A DNA stretch of 63,276 nt, counting the filler, from Octopus bimaculoides (lineage: Eukaryota): the NCBI RefSeq assembly GCF_001194135.2. It is 8 parts of 8 records of this genome, joined end to end, with 100 filler letters (N's around TTAATTAATTAA, not from the genome) between each part and the next. Parts side by side here need not be neighbours in the genome. Positions count along the whole stretch, not along the records: positions 35,387 to 50,589 come from NC_068991.1; positions 50,690 to 54,392 come from NC_068985.1; 6 more parts are not named here. One strand, 5' to 3'. Numbering within the stretch: position 1 is the first letter of the stretch; the number at the start of each line of letters is the position of its first letter. Shown one piece after another: positions 40,056 to 51,470 of this stretch. Under the pieces are notes generated by a model. The model made no database searches and had not been told where the DNA came from. It was given only the letters and a program-made list of their open reading frames with translations. The position numbers and the translations under genes were made by a program.

Positions 40056-40127
40056 GATAATGTTCAGAAATTAATGGAAATCCAGTATGCTTTGATAGGA
40101 AACTTTGAAGTGATTTACCCAGGTCGT
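40056..40127 (+). CDS. FGD6: FGD5/6-like exon (DNVQKLMEIQYALIGNFEVIYPGR)
   Basis: acag/gtaagt sites, 24 codons. Resembles FGD6 DNFQKLMQIQYSL...PGR. Confidence 0.92.
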
Positions 40128-40826
40128 GTAAGTACCTTGAATTAGATATAGAGATTACTTACATATTTCTTATAATGTTTGAGTATCAACAGTACAGCTA
40201 TAGATGATGGTTTTGTAGGTGAGTAAGACTTCCATCCAGAGAATCAATAAATGGCTCATATCCTATTATCTGTGCTGCAGATCATACACAGCCAAAGCAC
40301 TTAAACTCTCAACTGATTCAATAAACCTATCTGTAAATACATATCATGAGATATGTAGGTAGAGATGGGGGCATGGATTATGACTGAGCAGTACTCTTAG
40401 TCTTTGTTCCTCCATTGGTGTGTGTGTGTGTGTGTGTTTGTCCTCCTCCATTGCTTCACACCTAGTGTTGGTTTGTTTACATCTGTGTCATTTAGCAGTT
40501 CAGCAAAAGAGACCAATAAAATAAGTAGTAGACTTAAAACAAAAATAAGCTCTGGGAGTCATTCTGTTTGACTAAAGATTTCAAGGTGGTACTGTAGCTT
40601 GGCCACTGTCAAATGACTTTAACAAATAACAGATAAATGATTACTATTGTTATACTTTTTATGTCACAAAATGTGAATCCATAGTTTGTAGTTGCTCTTT
40701 CATTAGCCTATATTACATATGTTGTCAGCTGTATAGTTGTGTGAGTCTTAAATAATTACTCTTGAAAAATGGGGATTTATCTGACAGGGAAGTTGATCCT
40801 CTGATACTGAATGTATTCTATTGCAG

Positions 40827-40895
40827 GAACTTATCAAGATGGGGGAGTTACAGAAACTCTCTAGGAAGGAGATGCAACCCAGAGTATTCATTTTG
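40827..40895 (+). CDS. FGD6: FGD5/6-like exon, PH1 start (ELIKMGELQKLSRKEMQPRVFIL)
   Basis: ttgcag/gtgagt sites, 23 codons. PH beta1-beta2 motif KLSRK.MQPR. Confidence 0.92.
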
Positions 40896-40921
40896 GTGAG
40901 TATTATTATTATCACCACCAC

Positions 40922-40984
<63 letters not shown>

Positions 40985-41253
40985 TATTTAAGGCAGCAAG
41001 CTGGCAGAATCGTTAGCATACTGGACAAAATGCTTATACATCCAAATTGACAATATAATTCTGAGTGGATTATGAAATGGTTGTTAACTCTACATTCCAA
41101 TTAAATTACATTAGAATTTAATTAACTTTGTGACTTGATAGCCAGATTCTTGTCCAGGGTGCTTACAGTGGTTCCACTTGATTCTTCGGATCTAATTTTT
41201 ACATCTTATACACATGTGTTTACTTAGCATTTTTTTTTGTTTTTCTTATGCAG

Positions 41254-41334
41254 TTCAATGACACGCTTTTGTATACGACACCTGTACCTGCAGGATATAA
41301 ACTCATCAACGTCTTAACATTAGCAGGAATGAAG
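41254..41334 (+). CDS. FGD6: FGD5/6-like exon, PH1 (FNDTLLYTTPVPAGYKLINVLTLAGMK)
   Basis: tgcag/gtaagt sites, 27 codons. FND.LLYTTP and LAGMK are typical of FGD6. Confidence 0.93.
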
Positions 41335-41849
41335 GTAAGTTTGTTGGAAATTTCTTCAAGTTGTTCATTGATATTTAAATCTAAACTGAAATGTTTGGCT
41401 GTGAGACAAAAATGAGTTATATGAAATGAGGAGAGATCTAATCACCCAAGGGTTGTTGGCTTTATAGAACTTAACCCCCAGGAGGTGACTAGTACTTGTT
41501 TTGTTAACTCTAAAGTGGGTAAAAGGATAAAGATGACAGCTAGATATGGCTGACTGGTTAAGAAGCTTGCTCTACAATCATGTGGTGTTAGATTCTGCTC
41601 CAATGTGGGGCACCTCTTGGGCAAGTGTCTTCTAATATAGCCCCAGACTGACCAAAGCTTTGTGAGTGGATGGAAGCTATGTGGAAGCACATTGTATGTA
41701 TTTGTGTTTGATCTCCTTCCTCCAGTATTGCTTGATAACCGGTGTTGGTTTGTTCATGTCCCCTTAGTTATTCAGCAAAAGAGACTGATAGAATAAGTAC
41801 CAGACTTTAAAAAATAATTAAGTACTGGGATCAATTTATTTGACTAAAC

Positions 41850-42125
41850 CAGTGGTTCCCAAAGTGAGCGGTAATGCTCCTTGGAGGCGGTGGAGAGTTC
41901 CAAGAAAAGTGGGGTGATAATGGGGGTAGCCAAAAGGGGCTGATTGATGTAAAAACAACAAAATAATAGGTTAATTAGGTTATGTTTTATTTGTGAAATG
42001 CAGTTGCTTTGAATTTGCTCAAGAAAGGGGCCTGTGTTTGTGGTGGTAAGTTAGTGGCATGGGGGCACTAGGAATGTGTCCTGGGTGCCAAGGGGGCAGT
42101 ACCCAAAAAAGTTTGGGAATCACTG
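41850..42125. mobile_element. hAT-type MITE with 8-bp target-site duplication GACTAAAC, inserted in a SINE
   Basis: TIRs cagtggttcccaaa / tttgggaatcactg. Identical 8-mers at 41842-41849 and 42126-42133. Confidence 0.85.
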
Positions 42126-42440
42126 GACTAAACTTTTCAAGGTTATCCCCCAGCATGGCTGCTATCCAGTGACTGAAACAAGTAAAAGATAGCCAATTAT
42201 GATAGTTGCTTCTGTTCAATATGTCTTTCTTTTGTTAAGATATTGAGGTGTGATAAGAGGGAAATTTAACTGCTATTTCTAGCTGGTTGTGTGAATATGT
42301 TGAGATGACCCTCGTTGACTCAAGTTAGTGTTATTACTATTGCTACTCAGCTATTGCTGTTTGTTATTGTTGTTTGTGTTGCTGCTGCTGATACAGCTGT
42401 TGTTGTTGTTGTTGTTACAGTTAAATCTCTCTGTTTTCAG

Positions 42441-42520
42441 GTGAAAAAAACAACATTAGATGACTTCAAAAACGAATTCAACATCATCAGTATCCAACGA
42501 TCATTCACAGTTTGTGCAAA
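42441..42520 (+). CDS. FGD6: FGD5/6-like exon, PH1 (VKKTTLDDFKNEFNIISIQRSFTVCA)
   Basis: tttcag/gtgagt sites, phase 0/2. Confidence 0.9.
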
Positions 42521-42789
42521 GTGAGTGTCACATTAATAACATTCTCTTTCTCTCTGTGTTTCTGACTCTCTCTTTCTCTCTCTCTCTCTCTGTCTCTGTC
42601 ATTCTCTACAAAGGAAATAAACAGGGGCATATATTCCGGGTGTGCTAGGTGTGTGCTGCGCACCCGTCATAAATGGCAAAATCATAATGGACAACTTTTG
42701 TTATACCCCAGCTTGAAATTTGGTGGCACAGGAATCCTGAAATAACATTGCACACCTCACAGCACATTGTATCATAATATGGAAGACCT

Positions 42790-43260
42790 GTTGAGGCAAG
42801 TGAAATCGAAATCGAAAATTGAACCAAATTCGTTGACTGGCACCCATGCCAACCTTCCTTCATTGGACACTAAACCCAGCTTGCGAAGTCCTGTTGGGGC
42901 AAGTGAGATCGAAACTGAACCAAATTCGATGACTGGCACCCATGCCAGTGGAGTGCTAATAGCACCGTCCGAGTGGGATCACTACCAGAGCAGCGATCTT
43001 GCTTCCGTGCCGGTGGCATGTAAACAAAACATTGAACTGACTCTTGTGCAGGTGGCACGTAAAAAAACACCATTTGAGCGTGGCTGTTGCCAGTACCGCC
43101 GGACTGGCCCCCATGCCGGTGGCACATAAAAAGCACCCACTACACTCTCTGAGTAGTTGGCATAGAAACTCTGCCAGATCAGATTGGAGTCTGGTGTAGC
43201 CATCTGGTTTCACCAGTCCTCAGTCAAATCGTCCAACCCATGCTAGCATGGAAAGCAGAC
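42790..43260 (+). mobile_element. RTE-derived modular element in FGD intron
   Basis: Closely similar to 38380-38870, with a duplicated head module at about 42795 and 42899. Confidence 0.75.
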
Positions 43261-43709
43261 CTGCAAAATGTTCAATATTGCCTGATGAATTGGTGTGGCT
43301 ATATGATAATGTAATATTATTTTATGCATTATTAAATAAAAGTCATGCTATGGAAATGAACATAGCATAAACTGACCGGTTCATTCATATTTTTGTATTA
43401 TATATATACATATAGATATATATATTGTATAGTCACTTGCTATTTCATGTCTACTATGGACCTCTGCATGATCACTGAAGCTGCTAGAAATAATAAACAG
43501 TTCCCCATCAAATTGCATCTCACTATGCATTAGAGAATGTAATGCTATTTATCCACCACCCCACCAAAAAAATATCTCCAGGGTGGTCATAGTTGGCATG
43601 CCTTCAATCATATGTCTACATGAGCAGAGATGCACTGGACCTAAACAACAACAACATATTTAGATTTATCTTGCTTATTTTTATCTTCTATACCCATTTC
43701 TCTCTGCAG

Positions 43710-43812
43710 CACATCCACCGAGCGAGATGAATGGATCGATGCCATATCTAAAGCTATAGAAGACAACACTTTGAAAAGGAATTCTTTTGAAGTAAATCGA
43801 ACACAAGTACCT
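43710..43812 (+). CDS. FGD6: FGD5/6-like exon, PH1 C-terminal helix (TSTERDEWIDAISKAIEDNTLKRNSFEVNRTQVP)
   Basis: ctgcag/gtaagt sites, phase 2/0. ERDEW..AI is the PH C-terminal helix motif. Confidence 0.92.
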
Positions 43813-44189
43813 GTAAGTATTCTTGGGAATATGTGTGTGTGTTTGTTTGTGTGTGTGTGTGTGTGTGTGTGAACATTTGAGGTTGGCATTTGAATGTATT
43901 CTCTTTTACTAATGTCTATAAACATCACTGTCTGAAAGATTCTGTGTTCTTATGTTTACTTATTATGAAATTCTTAAAATTTCTAAATAGCAGTAATAAT
44001 ATATAGCACTATGTCATTCTTTTTAGAAATCTTCAATGATATAACTTGGTGGTTTTATCTACTTTAGGGTGTAAACCCCGAAAAAAAAATTATACTGATA
44101 TTGTCTTGAAATTAACTGTACCATACATGATAGTCAAAAGGGTTGCATGTTGCCCATGACTGGCTCAGATCCACTGTCCTAATGTTGGA

Positions 44190-44406
44190 TTAACCCTTTA
44201 GTGTTTGCATTATTCTGCCAAAATCAATGCTTTTTCATCTACTAGTCATACATTATCTTGTAGCTATGAGATTTTGATGAAGTAGCTGTTAATTTTTAAA
44301 ACAATATTGTAGGGTTGGTGTGAGAGACCAGATCTGGCCAGTTTGAACATAAAACAGGCAGAATACTTTTGGCCAGATATGGCCGGTTTAAATGCTAAAG
44401 GGTTAA
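44190..44406. mobile_element. TTAA-flanked MITE (piggyBac-like ends); copies at 30974-31171, about 30380-30597 and about 49065-49285
   Basis: TIR ttaaccctttag / ctaaagggttaa and a shared internal sequence. Confidence 0.8.
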
Positions 44407-44488
44407 AGACTCATGGTGGGAAGGAACTTTTTGCATTTGACATTGTAAAGGCTCTGAACTGATTGTTGTTTTGTTTCTGTTGTTACAG

Positions 44489-44623
44489 TCATTGGAAAAA
44501 GGGTTTGTGTTAGGTTCAAAAGCACCTCTTTGGGTACCCGATGCCAGAGTAACAATGTGTATGTTGTGTACTTGTGAATTCACAGTTACCTGGAGGCGGC
44601 ATCATTGTCGAGCCTGTGGCAGG
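44489..44623 (+). CDS. FGD6: FGD5/6-like exon, FYVE N-half ([38 protein letters not shown])
   Basis: ttacag/gtgagt sites, 45 codons. WxxD, CxxC and RRHHCR FYVE signatures. Confidence 0.96.
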
Positions 44624-44699
44624 GTGAGTATTAATTTGTTTCTTACATGCTTCTCAAATTCATCATTATTATATCTTTTATTTTTTACTTTCAAAAGCT

Positions 44700-45000
44700 C
44701 CTTTTGGGTTTTGGACCCCACGGAGGCAATGACGAATGACCAAGACCTTTGGCATTATGTTGTGCCTGAGAAGAAGACCCATCAAGCTAAGTAAAATCAC
44801 AGTCCTGGCAGATATTGGTGTCACGCAAATGGCACATAAAAGCACCTATTATGCTCTCTGAGTGGTTGGCATTAGGAAGGGCATCCAGCTGTAGAAACCA
44901 TGCCAAATCAGACTGGAGTCTGGTGCAGCTTTCCAGCTTCTCAGCCCTGGTCAAACTGTCCAACCCATGCCAGCATGGGCAACGGACATTAAATGATGAT
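44700..45000 (+). mobile_element. RTE 3' end copy
   Basis: [24 protein letters not shown]-terminus, 3' UTR and atgatgat tail. Confidence 0.75.
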
Positions 45001-45721
45001 AATTACTTGTTCCAGTAAACTGTTAGCATGTTGGGTCATTGCCTTAATGAGTTTAGTCAAACAAATCAACAACAGTACACTTTTTTTTTTGTGAAGCCTT
45101 GTACTTATTCTATCAGTTCTTTTGCCAAACTGCTAAGTTATAAGACACAAATAAACTAACACTGGTTTTCAATCTGCATGACAAATATGAAGATACACAC
45201 ACACTTGTATATATAGGAGTAAGTACACTAACAAAAGATGGGCACTCAACACATTTATTGGGAGTTACATGTATAGATGAAAACAGTTTGTGATTCAAAC
45301 GCCTTGGTACTCTGAGTTTCAAGCATGACACTAATCTTCGGCCATTGGAGTTTGAATGAGAGGACAGTTGAAGAGAGCCAGTGTTTATTGTGGATGTTAT
45401 CTTGTGATTGGTCAAGAAAGGCCACATGGTGTCACAGTTTGATGCTGGTATTTCAACAACAATTACTCGGAAAATACTGCATGGTGAACAGGAAATCGGC
45501 TGTGTTTCCTGTTCATGATGTATTTTCCAAGTAATTGCTGTCACTATAATATTAACATCAAACTGTGATACCACATGAGCTTTCTCGACCAATCGCAGGC
45601 TAACGTCCATAATAAACATTTACTCTCTTCAGCTGTCCTTTCACTCAAACTCCAATGGCCAAAGATTAGTGTCACACCTGAAACTCAGAGTACCAAGAAG
45701 TTTGAATCAAAATGTTTTCAT

Positions 45722-45782
<61 letters not shown>

Positions 45783-46297
45783 TATGAGCGTTGTTTCATT
45801 TTAATATCCACTTTTCCATGATTGCATCTCTTATTTATCAGTGATCTTACATAAAAATGAAGCTGTATTCTTTAATTTGCTGCTTTTCTATACACAAACC
45901 AAGACACTGGGGTAAAATATACGAAGCCCTGTATACCCATCATGACTACCCGTAAACCATATGTGCACAATATGGTGATCTCATATCAAGATAAACAGTG
46001 CATGACATTGCAGGTGGGGCCCAGTTAGAATTTTGGTCAGGTTGAGTAGCCCATCCCGCTCAAAAGGTCTTTGAATAAGGGTTGTTTAAGGATGTTGAAT
46101 GAAACAACCATGTTTCCAAAGGTGAATTATCCAAACTCCAAAGAATTCCTCTCAACACATGGCTGTGATGCTCCCCTGCTACTTCTGCTCATGATCAGAG
46201 ATGCACATATTGTCAGACACTTTGTTATTATTTATTATTATTATTATTATTATTATCATTATTATTATTATTATTATTATTATTTGTTTTGCTATAG

Positions 46298-46397
46298 GTG
46301 ACTTGTGGTAATTGTTCCAACAACAAAGCGCCTCTACTGTATCTGGAGTACAGACCCAGTCGGGTGTGTGATGAGTGCAATAATAAATTATTTGCAG
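46298..46397 (+). CDS. FGD6: FGD5/6-like exon, FYVE C-half (VTCGNCSNNKAPLLYLEYRPSRVCDECNNKLFA)
   Basis: tatag/gtaatt sites, phase 0/1. CxxC and RVCxxC complete the FYVE finger. Confidence 0.94.
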
Positions 46398-47515
46398 GTA
46401 ATTACAGATATGATTTAATTAAATATTTTATTATAATTTCTTCACTTTTATTTATTTGTTTTATTACCTCTGCCTTAGCGCAGGTGGAGGTATTGTTTGC
46501 AGTCATGTTTGTTTGTCCGTGAACAAAATATCTCAAGAACCACTGGAGTGATTCGGATGAAACATTCAGGGATGTTTGGTCTCGTGACTGGCACGAACTG
46601 ATTAGATTTTTGGATCGATCCATAGCTGGACAAGGATTCTGGATTATTTTTCCTGTTTTTTTTTTACTTAATTTTTGAGATGGTCAGGTTCAATTTTAGT
46701 ATTGTCGTTTGTGAGAGCATTCGAGTTTATTTCAAATATTCTCATTTTAAAAATCATCTCTGGCTAATCATTGAGAGGATGTTAGTGTTACCTTGGTGAA
46801 CATTTGCACTCTATGAGTGCACTTGTTGTTGATTTCATTATTCTTGTTGCTTAACCCAAGTACATTTCTCTTGGAGCTTATCTCCAGCACATAGACAGGT
46901 GAGTTAAACAACTAGATGTGATTTAGAAATCTAGTATTTTGGCATAAAATATTCTCTACACTGTTTACATTAGTTAGAGTGGTGTTATCTTAGTTGTTGC
47001 TTTCACTGTGTTTTGGTTGTAGTATTGTATAAGATATTCTCTACCCAGCTGAAGATCATACTGCACACTCTGATATACAGTGGTTAACTATATTGGGTGC
47101 AGTGTGATTATCTAAACGTGTTGTTGTCGTTGTTGTTAGTGGTGGTGCAGGTGTCGTAATGGCGTTATTGCAGCATACTGCACACTCTGACATATAATTG
47201 TTCCCAACCACATGGTTCTAGGTTCAGTGCCACTGTGTGGCACCTTGGACAAGTGTGTTCTACTATAGCCTTGAGCTGACTGAAGCCTTGTAAATGGATT
47301 TGGTAGACAGAAACTGAAAGAAACCAATTATGTGTGTGTCTTTGTGTCTGTGTTTGCCCCCCGCCCCTTCATCACTTGATAACTGATATGTGTGTGCTTA
47401 CATTCCTATAAGTAAGTGGTTTAGAAAAAGAGACCAATAGAATAAGTACCAAGCTTATAAAAAAGTACTGCAGTTGACTCATTTGTCTAAAATTCTTCAT
47501 TTATGTTGTTTATAG

Positions 47516-47673
47516 AAGTGGAACGGCAAATGGAAGAAATGAAGACTGCAAAAGAAGAAGGCAAGAAACTCGACAATGTACAACCAGAGGAGTTACTATC
47601 TCGATTCCAAAGAATTCGCAAGAGTGGACGCCACGGCCAGAAGAATATAAAACGGCCTGCTTGGCTGAAAGAA
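47516..47673 (+). CDS. FGD6: FGD5/6-like exon, FYVE-PH2 linker (VERQMEEMK...KRPAWLKE)
   Basis: tatag/gtaagt sites, phase 1/0, open frame. The end resembles FGD6 IPAALKE. Confidence 0.88.
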
Positions 47674-47799
47674 GTAAGTACTGGGCAGATCTGTGGCTGC
47701 AGTTCTAATTTGATGAAATGAAAATAGAATGGATATTATTATCCATAAAAGAAGTATGAGTGAAAGGAGTGGAAAGCGAGAGAGAGAGAGAGAGAGAGA

Positions 47800-48230
47800 G
47801 ACTCATCCAGCACCAGAGAATACCACAAGAAGTTCTTACCTTTCTCGCGTATCTGTAGATACTTGTTCTGTCCAAGTTCTTCTGTTCTCTGCACAGCTTA
47901 GCTTGCTGAAAAGCTGATACTTCCAAGCAAAACGGCTTTCTCAGGACACAAATCATTTGCTGCTTCCATCATACACTTTTTGATGAAGTTGCCATCAGTA
48001 AATGGTTTTCTTCACTCTGCCATCTTATGCACTATTTTGTAACTTGTATGAGTGACAGATTCATTTTTCAGCAAACATTCTCGTGAAGAGAATGTTTAAA
48101 CACAGCAATGCAAATTAAAACACGATCGCTGCAGGAATGAATTCTCATTGCAAGTACTTACACTAAAGGTATAGTGCAGTGATGGGCCAGATGAACTGAC
48201 CTCACAGGCCGTAGTCTGGTGACACCTGGT
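47800..48230 (-). mobile_element. hAT (GTF2IRD2/SPIN/Charlie-like) transposase remnant
   Basis: Frameshifted peptides SYKIVHKMAE*RKPFTDGNFIKKCMMEAANDLCPEK and KGKNFLWYSLVLDES. hAT-like terminus near 48230. Confidence 0.7.
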
Positions 48231-48261
48231 TTAGTGTGTAGCTCCACACACCTTTGATATC

Positions 48262-48490
48262 AGCAAGCTGGCAGAAACGTTAGCACGCCAGGCGAAATGC
48301 TTAGCAGTATTTCGTCTGCCGTTACGTTCTGAGTTCAAATTCTGCCAAGGTCGACTTTGCCTTTCATCCTATCGGGGTCGATTAAATAAGTACCAGTTAT
48401 GCACTGGGGTCGATATAATCGACTTAATCCGTTTGTCTGTCCTTTTTTGTCCCCTTTGTGTGTAGCCCCTTGTGGGTAATAAAGAAATAA
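48262..48490 (+). mobile_element. Third SINE-like family (also about 55590-55800)
   Basis: Shared ggcagaa.cgttagc...ttctgagttcaaatt...ggggtcga..aaataagtac. Confidence 0.7.
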
Positions 48491-48639
48491 CACATTTGAT
48501 GTCAGCAGTAATTTCAACTGATGTTTATAGAATTGTAAACACAAAATTTTAATCGGTTTTCTTGACCTTCAAACTTGAAAGCTTTTCTGTGTCAAAACTC
48601 CAAATTCAACAATATAATAGTATCTCCTTTATAAAGGCA

Positions 48640-49055
48640 CAGGCATGGCTGTGTGGTAAGAAGCTTGCTTCCCAACCGCATGGTCCCAGGTTCAGTCCCA
48701 CTGTGTGGCACCTTAGGTAAATGTCTTCTACTATAGCCTCGGGCTGACCGAAGTCTTGTGAGTGGATTAGGTAGACAGAAACCGAAAGAAGCTTGTCATA
48801 TATATATATTTATATATGTATGTATATATTTATGTGTGTGTGTCTTTGTGTCTGTCTGTCCCCCTACCATTGCATGACAACCGATCTTGGTGTGTTTACA
48901 TCCCTGTAACTTAGCAGTTCTGCAAAAGAGACTGATAGAATAAGTACTAGGCTTACAAAGAATAAGTCCTGGGGTCGATTTACTCGACTAAAAAAGCCCT
49001 TTAAGGCGATGCTCCAGCATAGCCACAGTCTAAAACCAGTAAAAGAATAAAAGAA
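48640..49055 (+). mobile_element. Same SINE family, CpG-decayed intronic copy (others at about 26455-26660, 28665-28870, 29300-29550, 40420-40625, 41540-42190, 47190-47500)
   Basis: Homology to 3007-3455 with many CG to TG/CA changes. Confidence 0.85.
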
Positions 49056-49457
49056 ACTTTAAAATTTCAGCATTCATATTACTCTGTTACATGCAATGTT
49101 TATTTATTCACATTGCTCTGAATTAATCAAGTATTATCTCATAGCTTGAAATTTTGATAATGTGATTGTTTATTTATAAAATGACATTGTAGGGTAGGTG
49201 TGAAAGGTTGGATCTGGCCAGCTTGAACATCAGCCAAGTAGAATATTTTGGTCAGATATGGCCAGTTTAAATGCTAAAGAGTTAAATATGGTAGAACTCA
49301 CAAAACCTTACAAGAGTGAAGATGTATGTAAGGCACTAAGTGGGAATGCAAATATTAACATAATGATGATGATTATCATGATGACAATAATGAATTAAAT
49401 TAATGGAAAGTCTAATTGTGCTAATGCTTAGTTTTCTTCTTAAATCTTTTTTACCAG

Positions 49458-49580
49458 GTACATGCTAATGATCAGGGTTCAACAATGAGTGGTTACTTGA
49501 AACTATTCAAAGGTAAAAGATGGAAGCAGCTTTGGTTTGTACTGAAGGACAAAGTATTATATAAATACAAAGCCAGTGAG
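49458..49580 (+). CDS. FGD6: FGD5/6-like exon, PH2 (VHANDQGSTMSGYLKLFKGKRWKQLWFVLKDKVLYKYKASE)
   Basis: taccag/gtaagc sites, 41 codons. MSGYL...WK..WFV.K.KVLY.Y.ASE motif. Confidence 0.95.
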
Positions 49581-49904
49581 GTAAGCACTTGTCCTTGATA
49601 TTGTCATTGGCAGGTAAACAATCTCCTGAATTTAATATATGTCGATCAACTTAGGGCTATTATTCTTTTCTCTTTTGGAACCACATACTTGTGATAAATG
49701 AGGATAGATGTATAAAATAAATAAATGTTTAGTGTATTCTTTTAGAGACTACAGGGAACATTAGTGACATCAGGGATGGTGTTTGCAACAGAGAGAGATT
49801 ACTGTCCAAATATGGATGGACATGTAATGGAAATAAACAGTAAATTTTTTAATATCCCCAAACTTCTGTTTCAGTGTATGTAACATTTTCTTTTTCATTG
49901 CTAG

Positions 49905-49964
49905 GATATGGCAGCTATAGACAGTCGACCTCTTCTGGGTTATCAGGTGAACAGAGTAGTAGAG
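49905..49964 (+). CDS. FGD6: FGD5/6-like exon, PH2 (DMAAIDSRPLLGYQVNRVVE); last exon visible, no stop codon reached
   Basis: gctag/gtaagt sites, 20 codons. D.AA..S.PLLG motif. Confidence 0.92.
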
Positions 49965-50538
49965 GTAAGTTTAAGTCTGTTAAGATCGCAGCATTATGGA
50001 AATGTTTGACATTCTAAACTTAATGTTTTAATTGATTTAGACATTATAAGAACCAATTTGAGACAGAAATTACCAACAGGCCCACTGGCAGGATTTGAAC
50101 CATCTATCTATAGCTTTCAAGTTGACTGTGTTACCTTTTACATTACAGAACACCTGTCACTTTCTCTTTCTCAAATTAACCCTTTAACTGTGTAATCAAA
50201 TTTCCTGGTCATTCCTATAATGATGTGAATTATCCATCCCCCAAAAAATAGACTTCGTTTTTTCTACTTCTGCAATACTTTTTCAGTATCTCCTGTAGGT
50301 ATAGTTTTCATATTCACTGTTAAAAGTATGTGAAGAGATATTTTGATGAAATATGTGAAAGAAAAATTAAGAAAATCTGAAAAATTGTCTCTTGTAAGAA
50401 AAAAATGTCACTGGGGATGTTTCCACTTCTTATAGCATAAGGAGAGGTTTGTTTCTAAAGCTGTAAGATAAAACCACTTTCTGCAGTTAATGGTATTAAA
50501 ATTTTGAGTAGATATTTCCACATTCCTCATATATATAC

Positions 50539-50589
<51 letters not shown>

Positions 50590-50951
50590 NNNNNNNNNNN
50601 NNNNNNNNNNNNNNNNNNNNNNNNNNNNNNNNNTTAATTAATTAANNNNNNNNNNNNNNNNNNNNNNNNNNNNNNNNNNNNNNNNNNNNGTGTAACGTCC
50701 CTTGATTCATTGATTCATTCACGGAAATTTACGAGAACCCATGTGAACTAAACGAGACTTTTTTTTTCTAAAATGGAGGTGAAATCCTTTCTCCATGTGA
50801 TCGGCTAGAAAATTGTTAAGACATTGGGATATTTTCCTACCTTTCGTAACATGAAACCAATGGTAGCCTTAATTTACAAATAAAGAAATTGTATCCACCA
50901 TTACGGTGTTGAACACCCATTTTCATTGTACGACATTTACGTGCACGTGCG

Positions 50952-51004
<53 letters not shown>

Positions 51005-51159
51005 GCAATCGAACATTGGTGGACTCTGTATGCCATGAGGGACTCATATTTTGCTCGAGAAAGAGAAACTGTTTTCCAATCTCAGATGAAGAAGCAATAG
51101 TGAAACCGCAGAATCGACTTCTGATCATAGTATAGGAAATTATTCACATACGGAATTAT

Positions 51160-51470
51160 GGAGGTACATGGCCTAGTGGTTACAGCAGCGGACTCGCGGT
51201 CGAGGGATCGTAGGTCCGAATCTCAGACCGGGCTATGTGTGTGTTTATGAGCGAAACACCTAAGCTCCACGCGGCTCCGGCAGAAGGTAATGACAAACTT
51301 CTGCTGACTCTTTCGCCACAACTTTCTCTCACTCTTTCCTCCTGCATCTGGCAGCTCACCTGCGATGGACCGGCGTCCCGTCCAGGTGGGAAACTTATAC
51401 GCCAATAAAACCGGGAAAGCGGACCTTAGGAGCCAGGTATGGCTCGAGAAAGAACAAACAACAACAACAG
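51160..51470 (+). mobile_element. Second tRNA-derived SINE family with (CAA)n tail (also about 16953-17020 head only, and 54493-54705 minus)
   Basis: A-box-like tggcctagtggtta; head gcggactcgcggtc...tc(c)gaatc shared among three loci. Confidence 0.75.

Noticed and set aside
50280-50350. Terminal FGD exon after the acceptor-like cag/tag sites
   Set aside because: Phase-0 readings stop within four codons and lack the PH C-terminal motif.
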